Shown here one piece after another: positions 36,172-45,770 of a DNA stretch of 55,305 nt. The position numbers were made by a program, and so were the translations under genes. The notes below the pieces were generated by a model that was given only the letters and a program-made list of their open reading frames with translations, was not told the DNA's origin and did not search any database. Source of the DNA: Pirellulales bacterium (GTDB lineage: Bacteria; Planctomycetota; Planctomycetia; Pirellulales; UBA1268); contig JBIIIP010000003.1 of NCBI GenBank assembly GCA_044234625.1, positions 1-55,305 on the forward strand, given 5' to 3'. Within the stretch, counting starts at the first letter, position 1, and every line of letters starts with the position of its first letter.

Positions 36172-39100
36172 ACGCGACGATGCGCTCGAATTCGCTGCGC
36201 GTGCGCGAAGTGATCGTCTGCACGTCGGCGAGAAGCGCGGCGGCGTCGCCGTAGCCGAGGAGATGCGCCAGCTTCCGCTGCTCACCGGGGTCGGCGGGGA
36301 AATCATGCCGCGCGGCGGCGTCGAGCAGCCGGAGCCGGCCCTCGATGAGCCGCAGCGTGCGGTAGGACCGCACCAAGCCGTCTCGCTGGGCGTCGGTCAG
36401 ATGCCCAGCCTCGTGCAAAGCCTCGAGCGCGGCCTGTGTCTCCGTCGTCCGCAGCCGCGGATCCGTGCCGCCGTGCATGAGCTGCAGCGCCTGGGCGATG
36501 AACTCGATATCGACCACGCCCCCGGGGCCGCGTTTTAGGTTCGTGGCCTTCGCCCCCTCCTCCATGCGGAAACGCATGTCGCGGATCGCACGGATTTCGG
36601 CGGGCGCCCACCGATGGCCGTAGCTGGCGGCGGCGATGATCTGGGCCGTCCGCGCGGTCGCGGCTTTCGACCCCACCACCACGCGGGCCTTGACCAGCGC
36701 CTGCCGTTCCCAAACCGCAGCCGGGCCGTCGGGGGCGAAATACCGGGCAAACTCATCGAGCGAGATCGCCGCCGCGCCGCTGCGTCCGCTGGGGCGCAGC
36801 CGTGAATCCATCTCGTAGAGCCGGCCCTGGGGCGTGAACGCGTTGAACACCCGCATCGTTCGCTGGGCCAGCTCGCTGAAGAAATGGGCGTTGGTCGTGC
36901 CCTCCGCCGATCGCCGCGTCCGCCGCGTGTGAAACGAAAAGCCGTCGTGGTCGTAGAGAAACACGATGTCGATGTCGCTGGCGTAGTTCATCTCGCGGCC
37001 GCCGAACTTCCCCATCGCCAGCACGATCGGGCCCGCCCGCACTCCCACCGACTCTCCCTGCCCGGCCATCGGTTCCCCGAGCCGGGCCACGAGCTTGGCC
37101 TCCTCGTGGGCCATCACGGCCCGCAGCGTGGCCTCGGCGATCGCCGTGAGCGCGGCGGTGACCTCGCCCACGGCGAGCCGGCCGAGGATGTCACGCACGC
37201 CTACCCGCAACTGCTGCGACACCTTGAAGGCATGCACGATCGGCTGGATGTCGACCGCCCCGCGGCACAGTTCGGCAAGGCTCGCGTCGAGCGCTTCGGG
37301 CGTGGGCAGCCGCTCCATCAGCAGGCTGTCGAGCAGCTCGTCGATCATTCCGGGGTTTCCGACGAGCAGTTTGGCGAGGAACGGGCTCGACGAGCAGAGC
37401 CGGACCGTCAGGTCGAGCGACGGTGGATTGAAGCTGAACAACTCCCAGAGCACGCCCTTGCCGCCGAGCGAGTCGGCGACTGCGCCGAGATTGGCGAGCG
37501 TGGCGTCGGGATCGGGTGTGTGACCGATGGCGGTGAGGAGCCGGGGGGCGATCGCCGCAAGAAAGTGACGGCACCTGCGCGTGGAAAGAAACCGCACCCG
37601 CTCCTGGGCGAGCGACGCGAGCGTTTGGTAGGCCTGGGGAACGTTCGTGAAGCCATGGCGGCCGAGCACGTCGTGGATGAACCCGGCGCCGGGCTCCGGA
37701 TCGAGGACGAGATCGACCTCCGGCTCCGGTTCTCCCTCGTCAGGGAATGCGTCGTGGAGAAGGTGGTCGAGAATCCTGCGGTTGAGCGACGAGGCCTCGG
37801 CGAGCGCCGCTTCCATCTTCTCACGGCCCGCGACGCCGGGCCCGAAGCCGGCACGGGCGGCGAGTCGCCCGCGCTCCTCGTCGTCCGCCGGGAGGCGGTG
37901 GGTCTGCCGGTCGTAAAGGATCTGGAGGCGGTGCTCGACCGTGCGGAGGAGCGTGTACGTGCGCTCGAGAATCTCCCGCTCCTGGTCGGTGAGGCTGCCC
38001 GTCTCGGCCAGCCGACGCAGCGCCTCGAGAGTGGTTCCCGTGCGTACCTCGGGCACGTCACCGCCGTTGAGCAGCTGGAGAAACTGGATCGTGAACTCGA
38101 TGTCGCGGATGCCGCCGCGGCCGTGCTTCACGTCGCTGGAGTCGCCCCCCTCGCGGGCCGCGCGGTGCTCGATCCGGCGCTTCAGAGCCTTGATGCCGCT
38201 GATGTCGGCCCGCGTCAGCCAGCGGCGGTAGACCCAGGGCTCCAGTTCGGCCAGCACGCGGGCGCCGAGCGCCGCATCGCCCGCCACGCACCGCGCCTTC
38301 ACCCACGCCTGCCGCTCCCAGGTGCGGCCCGTCTGATCGTAGTAGTGGACGAGCGCGTCGAGCGGCATCACGGCCGGACCCGTCGAGCCGTGTGGCCGGA
38401 GCCGCAGGTCGACGCGGTAGGCCGAACCCAGGTCGGTCGATTCGGCGACGAGCCGCACGGTCTCCTGCACGACACGCTCGAAAAATTCCTGCGTCGAGCA
38501 GGGCTTCGGGCCCTCGAGGCGGCCCTCTCCCGACGACACGAAGACGAGGTCGATGTCGCTCGAATAATTGAGCTCGCAGCCGCCCAACTTGCCCAATGCG
38601 ATCACCGTGAGCGTGAGCGGCTCGGCGCCGGGGCCCAGCGGCACGCCACGGGCCCGCGTGGCGTGGGCCAGCGCCGCCCGGAGCGCCGCCGACACGATGC
38701 AGTCGGCGACGTGGGAGAGCTGGGCCACGACGGTCTCCAGCCGCTGCCCGCCCACGATGTCGCCGTAGGCGATGCGGAGTGTCTGCCGGCGCTTGAACCG
38801 GCGCAGGGCCCGCATCACGAGCCCGCTATCGGTGACGAGCCCCACTTCGGCATCCAAGGCCGCGGCGAGCGTCTCGCGTTTCTCCGGCCGGCCACAACCC
38901 AGACGCACATCCTCCCAGGCCTCGGGATCGGTGATCACGAGGTCGGCGAGATAAGGGCTCGCGGAGAAGAGCTTGACGAGGATGTCGAGGGATTCGGGGT
39001 CGCGCTGGAATAGGGCTGCCGTAGAGAGCGGGCTGCGAACGGCGTCGAGAAACCGCTCGATCGACACGAGCACGCGGTCGGGATCGCTCATCGTGGGCAG

Positions 39101-39286
39101 CCACGCGGCGAGCCGCGTGGCAAGCGCGGCGATGAGATCGAACGTGATGCCGCGGAGGGCGAGGCCGACGATGGCGCGGTGGGCAATCGTCGGATCGGAC
39201 AGGCCGGCATCCCGGCCCCACGCCGCCGCCGCAGCCGGATCATCGATCAGCCGCTGCGCGTCGGTCGCAGAAAGGGGGGTGGGCAT
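36170..39286 (-). CDS. glnE: Bifunctional glutamine synthetase adenylyltransferase/adenylyl-removing enzyme GlnE
   Basis: 1038 aa with two nucleotidyltransferase modules (GKLGGCELNYSSDIDLVFV and GKFGGREMNYASDIDIVFLY), each followed by a GlnE-type helical domain. Confidence 0.92.
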   Translation of the reverse strand: MPTPLSATDAQRLIDDPAAAAAWGRDAGLSDPTIAHRAIVGLALRGITFDLIAALATRLAAWLPTMSDPDRVLVSIERFLDAVRSPLSTAALFQRDPESLDILVKLFSASPYLADLVITDPEAWEDVRLGCGRPEKRETLAAALDAEVGLVTDSGLVMRALRRFKRRQTLRIAYGDIVGGQRLETVVAQLSHVADCIVSAALRAALAHATRARGVPLGPGAEPLTLTVIALGKLGGCELNYSSDIDLVFVSSGEGRLEGPKPCSTQEFFERVVQETVRLVAESTDLGSAYRVDLRLRPHGSTGPAVMPLDALVHYYDQTGRTWERQAWVKARCVAGDAALGARVLAELEPWVYRRWLTRADISGIKALKRRIEHRAAREGGDSSDVKHGRGGIRDIEFTIQFLQLLNGGDVPEVRTGTTLEALRRLAETGSLTDQEREILERTYTLLRTVEHRLQILYDRQTHRLPADDEERGRLAARAGFGPGVAGREKMEAALAEASSLNRRILDHLLHDAFPDEGEPEPEVDLVLDPEPGAGFIHDVLGRHGFTNVPQAYQTLASLAQERVRFLSTRRCRHFLAAIAPRLLTAIGHTPDPDATLANLGAVADSLGGKGVLWELFSFNPPSLDLTVRLCSSSPFLAKLLVGNPGMIDELLDSLLMERLPTPEALDASLAELCRGAVDIQPIVHAFKVSQQLRVGVRDILGRLAVGEVTAALTAIAEATLRAVMAHEEAKLVARLGEPMAGQGESVGVRAGPIVLAMGKFGGREMNYASDIDIVFLYDHDGFSFHTRRTRRSAEGTTNAHFFSELAQRTMRVFNAFTPQGRLYEMDSRLRPSGRSGAAAISLDEFARYFAPDGPAAVWERQALVKARVVVGSKAATARTAQIIAAASYGHRWAPAEIRAIRDMRFRMEEGAKATNLKRGPGGVVDIEFIAQALQLMHGGTDPRLRTTETQAALEALHEAGHLTDAQRDGLVRSYRTLRLIEGRLRLLDAAARHDFPADPGEQRKLAHLLGYGDAAALLADVQTITSRTRSEFERIVA

Positions 39287-39306
39287 GGGAGGGCGGAATG
39301 TCGGCC

Positions 39307-40794
39307 TCAGCCTTTGGGGAGTTGGATGCCGTGGAGCGTGGGCCCGGCCGTCTCATGGGCATGCCGCAGGGCATCGAGCGGAACCGCATCGGCGAGGCCG
39401 TCGGCCACCGTGCCCGCCAATGACCAGGCGCCCGCCGCGGTGATGTCGACGTCGACCAGCCGCCCCACGAGCCGCAGCGGGGCATCGAACACCACGATCC
39501 GGTCGCACATCGTCCGCCCTGAGAGCTGGGCGACGCCGTCCGGCGCCGGCTTGACCTCACGCTTCTCGTCGCGGGCTGACAGCCCCTCCACGAGCACCTG
39601 CTGCCGCGAGCCGATGAACCGCCTGTTGCCGGCGAGGCTGACCTCGGCCTGCGCGTCGAGCAGCACCTGGTTGCGCTGCTTCTTCACCGCCTCCGGAACG
39701 TCGTCGGGCTGCCGCTCGAAAGCCTTCGTGCCCGGCCGCGGGCTGTATTTGAAGATGAACGAGTTCTTGAAGCCGGCAGTCCGCACGAGGTCGACCGTGG
39801 CCTGAAACTCGATGTCGGTCTCGCCGCAGAAGCCGACGATGAAATCGCTCGTGACAGCGGCATGGGGCAGTTCCTCACGCACCCGGCCGAGCATCTCCAT
39901 GTATTCGCCGATCGAATAGCCGCGCTTCATCCGCATGAGCACGGCGTCGGAGCCGTGCTGCGCCGGCACGTGCAGATAATGGCACACCTTCGGCAGGTCG
40001 CGGACGGCACCGATCAGGTCGGGCGTCATGTCGCGCGGGTAATTCGTCACGAACTTGATCCGATCGAGGCCTTCGATGGCGTCGAGCTTTCCGAGCAGGT
40101 CGGCGAGCCGCGTGGTCGCGCCGCCGGCGGACCAGGCGTAGCTGTTGACCGTCTGCCCGATGAGCGTGATCTCGCGGCAGCCCTCCGCCACGAGCTTCCG
40201 CGCCTCCGCGATGATCGCCTCCGGCGGCCGGGCCTGCTCAGGCCCGCGCACCCGGGGCACCACGCAGAACGCGCAGAACTTGTCGCAGCCGGTCTGGGTG
40301 CGGATGAAGGCCTGGAACGGGGTGGGCCGCATGGCGGGGTCGCGGTCGGGGTCATAGCTCTCGAAGCTGCGGGCCACCGCATCCCGCGAGCCCGCCTTGC
40401 GGTCGAGGCTGACTTCGATCTGCGGACCGCCGCCGGCGCGGACGAGATCGACGAGGCCGGGCACGCGGTGCAGTTGTCCGGGGCCGACGACGAGGTCGAC
40501 CCACGGCGCCCGCGCCCGCACCAACTCCTGGTCTTTCTGGGCCATGCAGCCGAGCACGCCGACGACGAGCCCCGGCCGCTTCTCCTTTTCAAGGCGGATG
40601 CGGCCCAGGGCGGAGTAGATCTTGTCTTCCGCGTGCTGGCGGACGGAGCAGGTGTTGTAGAAGACGGCGTCGGCGTCGGCCGGCCCGGCGGCCATCTCCC
40701 ATCCCTGGCGGCGCAACGCCGCCACCACGAGCTCGCTGTCGAGCACGTTCATCTGGCAGCCGACGGTGTCGATCCACAGCCGCTTCGTTTCCAT
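39307..40794 (-). CDS. miaB: tRNA (i6A37) methylthiotransferase MiaB
   Basis: N-terminal UPF0004 block TVGCQMNVLDSE. Radical-SAM CDKFCAFC. C-terminal TRAM-like region. Confidence 0.9.
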   Translation of the reverse strand: METKRLWIDTVGCQMNVLDSELVVAALRRQGWEMAAGPADADAVFYNTCSVRQHAEDKIYSALGRIRLEKEKRPGLVVGVLGCMAQKDQELVRARAPWVDLVVGPGQLHRVPGLVDLVRAGGGPQIEVSLDRKAGSRDAVARSFESYDPDRDPAMRPTPFQAFIRTQTGCDKFCAFCVVPRVRGPEQARPPEAIIAEARKLVAEGCREITLIGQTVNSYAWSAGGATTRLADLLGKLDAIEGLDRIKFVTNYPRDMTPDLIGAVRDLPKVCHYLHVPAQHGSDAVLMRMKRGYSIGEYMEMLGRVREELPHAAVTSDFIVGFCGETDIEFQATVDLVRTAGFKNSFIFKYSPRPGTKAFERQPDDVPEAVKKQRNQVLLDAQAEVSLAGNRRFIGSRQQVLVEGLSARDEKREVKPAPDGVAQLSGRTMCDRIVVFDAPLRLVGRLVDVDITAAGAWSLAGTVADGLADAVPLDALRHAHETAGPTLHGIQLPKG

Positions 40795-40806
40795 GGCCTC
40801 GGCAGT

Positions 40807-41766
40807 CTACCCGAGCACCGTGCCGGGGTGGATGGCGTTGCCACGGCAAAACGCCGCGGCCGTCATGCCCCGCTTACCTTCGGGCACGACCTGCGAAACG
40901 ACGAGCGACGTGCCGCCCCCGCAGGCCACCACGATGCCGCGCTCGTCGACGGCGAGCACGGTGCCGGGAGCGACACCGGCCGGGGCCGGGGCCGCGCCCA
41001 CGGCGACCTCCTCCAGCACGAGCCGCTGCGACCGGCCGCCACGGTGAAAAAACGTGGCGATGCGCGGCCAGGGCTCGAGGGCCCGCCGCATGCGCTCGAT
41101 GACGGATGCCGGCTGCGACCAGTCGACGATGCCGGCGGCCTTGGTGAGCCGCGGGGCCCGCGTGACCAGGTTGGCATCCTGCGGCACGGCCTCATCATGC
41201 CCCGCCTGCAACCGATCCACCGCCTCGAGAACCGCTTCGGCGCCGAGAACGGCGAGCCGCTCCTCCAACTCGACGGCGGTCTCGCGCGGAACGATGGGCG
41301 TGGAGCGGACGACGATCACGCCGCCGGCGTCGAGGGCCGGCGTCATGCGGATCACGCTCACGCCTGTCGCCGTGTCGCCCGCCAGGATCGCCCATTGCAC
41401 CGGTGCCGCGCCACGGTGCCGCGGCAGGAGCGACCCATGGAGATTGATGCCGCCGAGCGGCGCCATCCCGAGCGCCTCGGCTGACAGGATCTGGCCATAG
41501 TCACAGACCACGAACAGGTCGGCGGCGAGGCCACGCAGGGCGGCCAGCGAGTCGGATGCGTTGATGGCGTCGGGGGCGAGGAGCGGTGTGCCGGTCGCCT
41601 GCGCCGCCTCGCGCATCGGGTTGGGGGGCGGCCGCCTGCCGGCCGCGACGCGGTCTGGACGCGTGACGACGGCAACGACGTGGTGTGGCGATTGCACGAG
41701 CCGGTGAAACATGGGCACGGCGAACGGCCCGGTGCCCATGACCACGATCCGCAGCGGCGGCTTCAT
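40807..41766 (-). CDS. fmt: Methionyl-tRNA formyltransferase
   Basis: LRIVVMGTGPFAVP.., INLHGSLLPRHRGAAPVQWAI (SLLP/HxSLLP block). ATG 41766 shares one base with the def stop. The track ORF begins at an upstream GTG. Confidence 0.9.
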   Translation of the reverse strand: MKPPLRIVVMGTGPFAVPMFHRLVQSPHHVVAVVTRPDRVAAGRRPPPNPMREAAQATGTPLLAPDAINASDSLAALRGLAADLFVVCDYGQILSAEALGMAPLGGINLHGSLLPRHRGAAPVQWAILAGDTATGVSVIRMTPALDAGGVIVVRSTPIVPRETAVELEERLAVLGAEAVLEAVDRLQAGHDEAVPQDANLVTRAPRLTKAAGIVDWSQPASVIERMRRALEPWPRIATFFHRGGRSQRLVLEEVAVGAAPAPAGVAPGTVLAVDERGIVVACGGGTSLVVSQVVPEGKRGMTAAAFCRGNAIHPGTVLG

Positions 41767-42389
41767 CAGGCCACGCACCGCTCGGCTTCGAGGCGGTCGA
41801 GTTGCGCCAGCAGGTCCTCATGGGATGGCAGCTCGCCGCGAGACTGCTTGCCGACAAACACGTCGCGCATCACGTCGAGTGCCCGCCGTGCCTCGAGCGC
41901 CGCAGCCTCGGGCAGCCGATCGGGAAACAACCGGCCCTCCAGGTGGTCGAACTCATGCTGCACGACCCGGGCCAGGAAGCCGTCGAGATCGACGTGGATC
42001 TGCTCGCCATCGAGGGACCACGCATCGAGCGCCACCCGCTCCGGACGGCGGACGTCCATCCGCAGGCCGGGGAGGCTGAGGCAGCCCTCTTCCTGCGTGG
42101 CCGTGCCGCGCGGCCGGCTGAGCGTGGGATTGAGAAACACCAATTCCTCGCCGGCGTCGCGCTGCCCCGCCACATTGACGATGAACAGCCGGTATGGCAG
42201 CCCCACTTGGTTGGCGGCGAGCCCCACCCCCTGGGCCTCGTACATGATGTCGAACATCTGCTCGACCGCCTCGTGAACGGCGTCATCGATGCGGGCCAGG
42301 GGCTTGGCCTTCCGCAGCAGCGCAGGATGCGGATACTCGACGAGTTCGAGTCGGCCGATTCCGGAAGGCTGGGACGGGGCGGATTCCAT
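41766..42389 (-). CDS. def: Peptide deformylase
   Basis: All three signature motifs present: GVGLAANQVG, EGCLSLPG, HEFDHLEG. Confidence 0.95.
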   Translation of the reverse strand: MESAPSQPSGIGRLELVEYPHPALLRKAKPLARIDDAVHEAVEQMFDIMYEAQGVGLAANQVGLPYRLFIVNVAGQRDAGEELVFLNPTLSRPRGTATQEEGCLSLPGLRMDVRRPERVALDAWSLDGEQIHVDLDGFLARVVQHEFDHLEGRLFPDRLPEAAALEARRALDVMRDVFVGKQSRGELPSHEDLLAQLDRLEAERCVA

Positions 42390-42411
42390 GATCACACCTT
42401 ATCATACGCCC

Positions 42412-42933
42412 ATGCATGCCGCGCACGACGAGCCCGCGCCCCGCCCCGCGCCCGCGTCGTCGGCGCAGTGGTCGCCGGCCGTGTTCGTAGCGACCTGCGG
42501 CGGAGCGGGTCGCCTGGGGCTGGCGCCGGGCACGGCCGGCGCGGCCGTGGGCGCGATCGCGGCGGCCGGGCTTGCGGCATGCCACCTGCCGTTTCCCGTG
42601 GAGGCGGCCGCGCTCGTGGCGGTGAACCTCGCGGCCGTGCCGGTCTGCTCGCGGGCGGCGGCGCGGCTCGGCGGCGACGACCCGGGCGCCGTCTGCCTCG
42701 ACGAGGCGGCCAGCCTGCCGCTGGGCCTGCTCGTCGTGCCCCCGGAGGCGCGTTCGCCGGTGGTGCTGGCGGCGGCGTTTCTCCTCCATCGATTGTTCGA
42801 CATCGGCAAGCCGCCGCCGTGCCGGCAACTCGAACGGTTGCCGCGCGGCCTGGGGATCATGGCCGACGACTGGGGGGCCTCGGCATGGATGGCCGCCTGT
42901 CTCGCCGCGGCCCGCTGGCTCGGCTGGCTCTGA
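42412..42933 (+). CDS. pgpA: Phosphatidylglycerophosphatase A
   Basis: ..GTAGAAVGA.., HRLFDIGKPPP, GLGIMADDWGA blocks typical of PgpA. The exact start is uncertain (ATG 42388, 42412 or 42416). Confidence 0.75.
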   Translation: MHAAHDEPAPRPAPASSAQWSPAVFVATCGGAGRLGLAPGTAGAAVGAIAAAGLAACHLPFPVEAAALVAVNLAAVPVCSRAAARLGGDDPGAVCLDEAASLPLGLLVVPPEARSPVVLAAAFLLHRLFDIGKPPPCRQLERLPRGLGIMADDWGASAWMAACLAAARWLGWL

Positions 42934-42949
42934 CGAACGCGTTGACTCC

Positions 42950-43615
42950 ATGCGGATTCTTCTCATCGACCACGGCCGCTGCGATCCACCCGCCACCCGC
43001 GGCCCGCTGCTCCGCGCCGCGCTCGAACCGCTGGGGGCGCGAGCGACGGTGTGCGGACCGTCGTCCGTGCCGAGCCTGATGGCGCAGCCGGACGGGATGT
43101 TTGGCATTCACCTGCGCGACATCGCGGCGGCGTCGCGGAAGCTCCTGGCGGCCGTGGAGGCGGGCTCGGCCGACGCACTCCTGGCAGCGCTGCCGGCCGT
43201 GTCGCCGCGGCTTCTGGGACTCGTCCGCGAGGCGGCCCGGCAGTGCATCGCCGAGGCGGTCGACGCCACGAATCCCGACGTGCTGTTCGTGTTTCACGCG
43301 GGCATCCTTGCCGATCTGGCGATCGAGACGGGCGTGCCGGTGGCGCTGCATGTGACGCAGCACGATTTGGCGGCGGCGGGCAAGGGAAGCGTGCGCGACC
43401 TCGTGTCGGCGGCGATCGGGTCGTGCGATGGCGTGATCGGCGACAGCCCGGTGACGATCGAGACGATCCGGCACGACTGGACGGACGACGCGGCGTTGGC
43501 GACCGACTCCTGGCCAGCCGACGAAGGCTGCGCGGCCCGTCTCTTGGCCGCCTGCCACGAGGCGCTCGCGCGACGCAACGCCGGGGGAGAAAACCGCGGC
43601 GGCGCGCGACGGTGA
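42950..43615 (+). CDS. Hypothetical protein (glycosyltransferase N-domain-like start MRILLIDHG)
   Basis: 221-aa ORF with protein-like composition. No signature motif recognised. Confidence 0.45.
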   Translation: MRILLIDHGRCDPPATRGPLLRAALEPLGARATVCGPSSVPSLMAQPDGMFGIHLRDIAAASRKLLAAVEAGSADALLAALPAVSPRLLGLVREAARQCIAEAVDATNPDVLFVFHAGILADLAIETGVPVALHVTQHDLAAAGKGSVRDLVSAAIGSCDGVIGDSPVTIETIRHDWTDDAALATDSWPADEGCAARLLAACHEALARRNAGGENRGGARR

Positions 43616-43664
43616 CGGGCCTGACGCTGGTACGCTGCGGTTCGGGAGTCGACTGGCTCACCCC

Positions 43665-43806
43665 GGCACGGGGCTGCCCATGCCCCATCGCCGGACGTTC
43701 GCAGATGCCCTCCAGGCATCTGCTCTCTGCATGTCCGCTGCGCTTTGGCATCGTGCCTGCGCTTGCTCCCACAGCCCGGCTCACGGGGCATGGGCAGCCC
43801 CGTGCC
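43665..43806. repeat. Perfect 22-bp inverted repeat with a 98-nt spacer containing an inner 9-bp hairpin
   Basis: GGCACGGGGCTGCCCATGCCCC (43665-43686) pairs with GGGGCATGGGCAGCCCCGTGCC (43785-43806). Inner hairpin GCAGATGCC-CTCCA-GGCATCTGC (43701-43723). Confidence 0.85.
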
Positions 43807-43847
43807 TCGCGTGAACGGCAAGGCTTCGGTCTGCGATGTCTGAATAT

Positions 43848-43935
43848 GGCATAGACCTCTCCCCACCGTGGCGACAGACCTCTGGTCTGTCGAGAAAGCT
43901 TGGTCGCAGACCGGAGGTCTATGCCACGTTGGGGA
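43848..43935. repeat. Composite palindromic repeat element (copy of 19827-19895)
   Basis: ..CCGTGGCGACAGACCTCTGGTCTGTCGAGAAAGCTTGGTCGCAGACCGGAGGTCTATGCCACGTTGGGG. Confidence 0.85.
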
Positions 43936-44043
43936 ACGCTGAGGCTTCGGGCTCCCCGTAAGCCGGGTTGAGCCAGCGGCGATCAACAACCCAGCCGGGC
44001 GAAGAGCATGCGAAGGCCATGCTCAAGAGGTGCGAGGCAGGCT

Positions 44044-44517
44044 TCAGTCGGTAGGAGGCATTTGCAGAGCCGAGGGCTTCGCTCGAGCAGGGTGCGGCTC
44101 GAGGAGGCGGTCGATCGCGCCGGTGCGCAGGGCGTGGGCGAATGCGTCGTCATCCCTGTAGACGGCATGGCTCGCCAGCTGCACCACCCAGTTGTGAACC
44201 AGCGGCGTGATCGTCACCACCACCCGGCCGTGCATGTGGGCCTCCCACATCTCGATGGCCGTGCCCATGGACGCCTCGGGCACGAACGCGATCACGAGAT
44301 CGAACTCGCGGCACATTCCCACGTGCTTGGTGAACACCTCCCGTGCCAGGCGGATGTCGTAGCCGACCGACGTGGAATGATTGGCGAACGGGTCGTAGAC
44401 TTCCGCGAGCGGCCAGTGCGCCTGCACGAGGTCGCGAAGCCTGGTTCGGTAGGTCTGATCGTGCACGAGGGCGGCCACGTGTGAGCCCTGCATGATCCCA
44501 GCGAGAAAGATGCGCAT
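44044..44517 (-). CDS. Hypothetical protein, nucleoside 2-deoxyribosyltransferase-like fold suspected
   Basis: ATG 44517 (MRIFLAGIMQGS...). Later VPEASMGTAIEMWEA resembles the NDT-superfamily Glu block. The rest of the 363-aa track ORF is antisense to the peptidase gene. Confidence 0.45.
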   Translation of the reverse strand: MRIFLAGIMQGSHVAALVHDQTYRTRLRDLVQAHWPLAEVYDPFANHSTSVGYDIRLAREVFTKHVGMCREFDLVIAFVPEASMGTAIEMWEAHMHGRVVVTITPLVHNWVVQLASHAVYRDDDAFAHALRTGAIDRLLEPHPARAKPSALQMPPTD

Positions 44518-44530
44518 GGCTCGGTCCCTG

Positions 44531-45754
44531 ATGCGGTCCAAAACGACGACGAAGACGTCCGGCGCGGCCAGTGTACGCGACGACGCGGCCGTGGCCGACC
44601 TGGCCACCGCGCGGCGGATCGTGCTCGACCTTCTCGCCATTCCCGGCACGAGCGGCGAGGAGAAGGGCGTGGCGGACCGAATCTGCACGTGGCTCAAAGA
44701 CGCCGGCTGCCCCGCGGCGGCGATCAGCTTCGACAATGCCCACACCAAAACGCCCCTCCGGGGGAACGTCGGCAACCTGATCGTGCGGCTGCCGGGCACG
44801 CTGCCTGGGCCGCGAAGGCTGCTCATGGCCCATATGGACACCGTGCCCGTGTGTGTGGGGACGAAGCCCGTCGTGGCGGGGCGGTACGTGAAAAGCGGCA
44901 ACCCGGCCACGGGGCTCGGCGCCGACGACCGTGCGGGCTGCGCCGTCGTGCTCGCCACGGCGGTCGCGATCCTGCAAAAGAAGCTGCAGCATCCGCCGCT
45001 GACCCTGCTCTTCGCGATCCAGGAAGAAGTGGGCCTGTACGGCGCGCGGTTCGTGAAGGCGACCGATCTGGGCAGGCCGAAGCTGGCCTTCAACTTCGAT
45101 GGCGGCGCCGTGGAGAAGATCACGGTCGGCGCCACGGGCGGCTACCGCATGGATATCGACATCGAAGGCATCCCCAGCCACGCCGGTGTGGCTCCGGAGA
45201 AGGGCGTATCGGCGATCGCAATCGCCTCGCTGGCGATCGCGTCGCTCGTGGAGGAGGGCTGGCACGGGCTCGTGCTGGAGGGAGGCAAACGGGGCACGAG
45301 CAACGTGGGCGTGATCACCGCCGGCGCGGCCACGAACGTGGTGGCGGAGTCGGCCCGCCTGCGGGCCGAGGCGCGGAGCCACGACCCGGCATTCCGCAAG
45401 CGGATCGTGAAGGCGATCGAGGCGGCATTCGTCGCGGCGGCCAGGAAGGTGAAGAGCGTTGACGGCAAGAGGGGCAGGGTCTCGTTCGCCGGTCAGCTCG
45501 ACTACGAGGCGTTTCGCCTCGCCGCCGACGAGCCGTGCGTGGTGGCCGCGCAGGCCGCGGTGAAGGCGATCGGGCTCACCCCGCGGCTCGAGGTGTCGAA
45601 CGGCGGCCTCGATGCCAACTGGATGGCGGCCAACGGCATCCCCACCGTGACGCTCGGCTGCGGCCAGATGGAGATCCACACCACGGACGAACGGCTCGAC
45701 CTCGATGCCTTCGAGGCGGCCTGCGCGGTGGCCCTGCGGCTGGCCGTGGGGTGA
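44531..45754 (+). CDS. M20 family metallopeptidase (PepT/tripeptidase-like)
   Basis: [11 protein letters not shown].., [29 protein letters not shown] blocks (His/Asp/Glu metal ligands). The start is ambiguous: ATG 44492, 44510, 44516 or 44531. Confidence 0.8.
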   Translation: MRSKTTTKTSGAASVRDDAAVADLATARRIVLDLLAIPGTSGEEKGVADRICTWLKDAGCPAAAISFDNAHTKTPLRGNVGNLIVRLPGTLPGPRRLLMAHMDTVPVCVGTKPVVAGRYVKSGNPATGLGADDRAGCAVVLATAVAILQKKLQHPPLTLLFAIQEEVGLYGARFVKATDLGRPKLAFNFDGGAVEKITVGATGGYRMDIDIEGIPSHAGVAPEKGVSAIAIASLAIASLVEEGWHGLVLEGGKRGTSNVGVITAGAATNVVAESARLRAEARSHDPAFRKRIVKAIEAAFVAAARKVKSVDGKRGRVSFAGQLDYEAFRLAADEPCVVAAQAAVKAIGLTPRLEVSNGGLDANWMAANGIPTVTLGCGQMEIHTTDERLDLDAFEAACAVALRLAVG

Positions 45755-45770
45755 TGGTACATTTCCGCCC

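Noticed and set aside
43051-43989. ORFs 43051..43854 (+), 42963..43784 (-) and 43294..43989 (-) in the gene-free region after 43615
   Set aside because: They have Arg/Pro/Gly-rich composition, run through the 22-bp inverted repeat and the palindromic repeats, and have no motifs. The region is better explained as non-coding repeat or structured DNA.
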